Source of the DNA: Candidatus Iainarchaeum sp.
Lineage (GTDB): Archaea > Iainarchaeota > Iainarchaeia > Iainarchaeales > 0-14-0-20-30-16
DNA: 5,265 nt
Assembly: GCA_903916665.1 (NCBI GenBank)
Contig: CAIWXP010000096.1
Span: 1-5,265, forward strand
Direction of reading: 5' to 3'
Part shown: positions 5,242 to 5,265 of the stretch, piece by piece
Numbering within the stretch: the stretch's first letter is position 1
Layout of the letters: the number at the start of each line of letters is the position of its first letter
Program-made: the position numbers and the translations under genes
The notes under the pieces: model-generated
Seen by the model: only the letters and a program-made list of their open reading frames with translations
Databases searched by the model: none
What the model was told of the DNA's origin: nothing

Positions 5242-5265
5242 GAATATCTTAATATATTATATTGT

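Noticed and set aside
5242-5265. TATAAT / TATA-box-like sequence upstream of the first gene as a promoter
   Set aside because: Only 24 nt of upstream sequence are available, and TATA-like strings are ubiquitous at this A+T content. The position fits neither a bacterial -10 box nor an archaeal TATA box well enough to call. It is noted only as the absence of an SD motif.
1-5265. Searched for tRNA/rRNA genes, CRISPR repeats, IS or transposon inverted repeats, integrase or toxin-antitoxin-sized ORFs, and stop-codon reassignment
   Set aside because: There is no intergenic space larger than 10 nt inside the operon. No periodic direct repeats, terminal inverted repeats or cloverleaf-like G+C-rich segments were seen. 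TAA, TAG and TGA all terminate well-supported genes, so there is no evidence for an alternative genetic code.

Overview
The window is AT-rich (roughly 25-30% G+C by eye, not computed). It is almost entirely one minus-strand operon of six tightly packed genes, with junctions of +6, +8, +4, -8 and +10 nt and about 28 nt of internal non-coding DNA. In transcription order the genes are: (1) a MOP/Wzx-type polysaccharide flippase (3748-5241); (2) a UbiA-family prenyltransferase whose motifs match the polyprenyl-phosphate 5-phosphoribosyltransferase subfamily, i.e. M. tuberculosis Rv3806c or DPPR synthase (2893-3741); (3) an extended-SDR NAD-dependent epimerase/dehydratase (1754-2884); (4) an LPG_synthase_TM/UPF0104 MprF-type flippase-like membrane protein (757-1749); (5) a small HAD-IIIA phosphatase (312-764); and (6) the first 100 codons of another polytopic membrane protein that runs off the left edge (1-301). 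Gene 6 is absent from the ORF track, and I translated it by hand. Three ORF-track starts look too long (794 to 764, 1785 to 1749, 2902 to 2884), judged from Shine-Dalgarno-like GGTGAT-series motifs and neighbouring stop codons. Every internal gene has such a motif and the first gene has none. I saw no RNA genes, CRISPR arrays, mobile elements or terminators. All three stop codons are used, so the standard code applies. The main hypothesis is that the operon encodes a self-contained pathway for a lipid-linked sugar donor, analogous to mycobacterial decaprenyl-phospho-arabinose synthesis but built from non-orthologous parts: a HAD phosphatase instead of PAP2, one extended SDR instead of DprE1/DprE2, an MprF-like flippase instead of GtrA, and a candidate GT-C transferase downstream. 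This rests on motif reading and gene context only and has not been tested by any search. The host is probably an AT-rich archaeon (methanogen or DPANN-like) or another streamlined uncultivated lineage, with low confidence.
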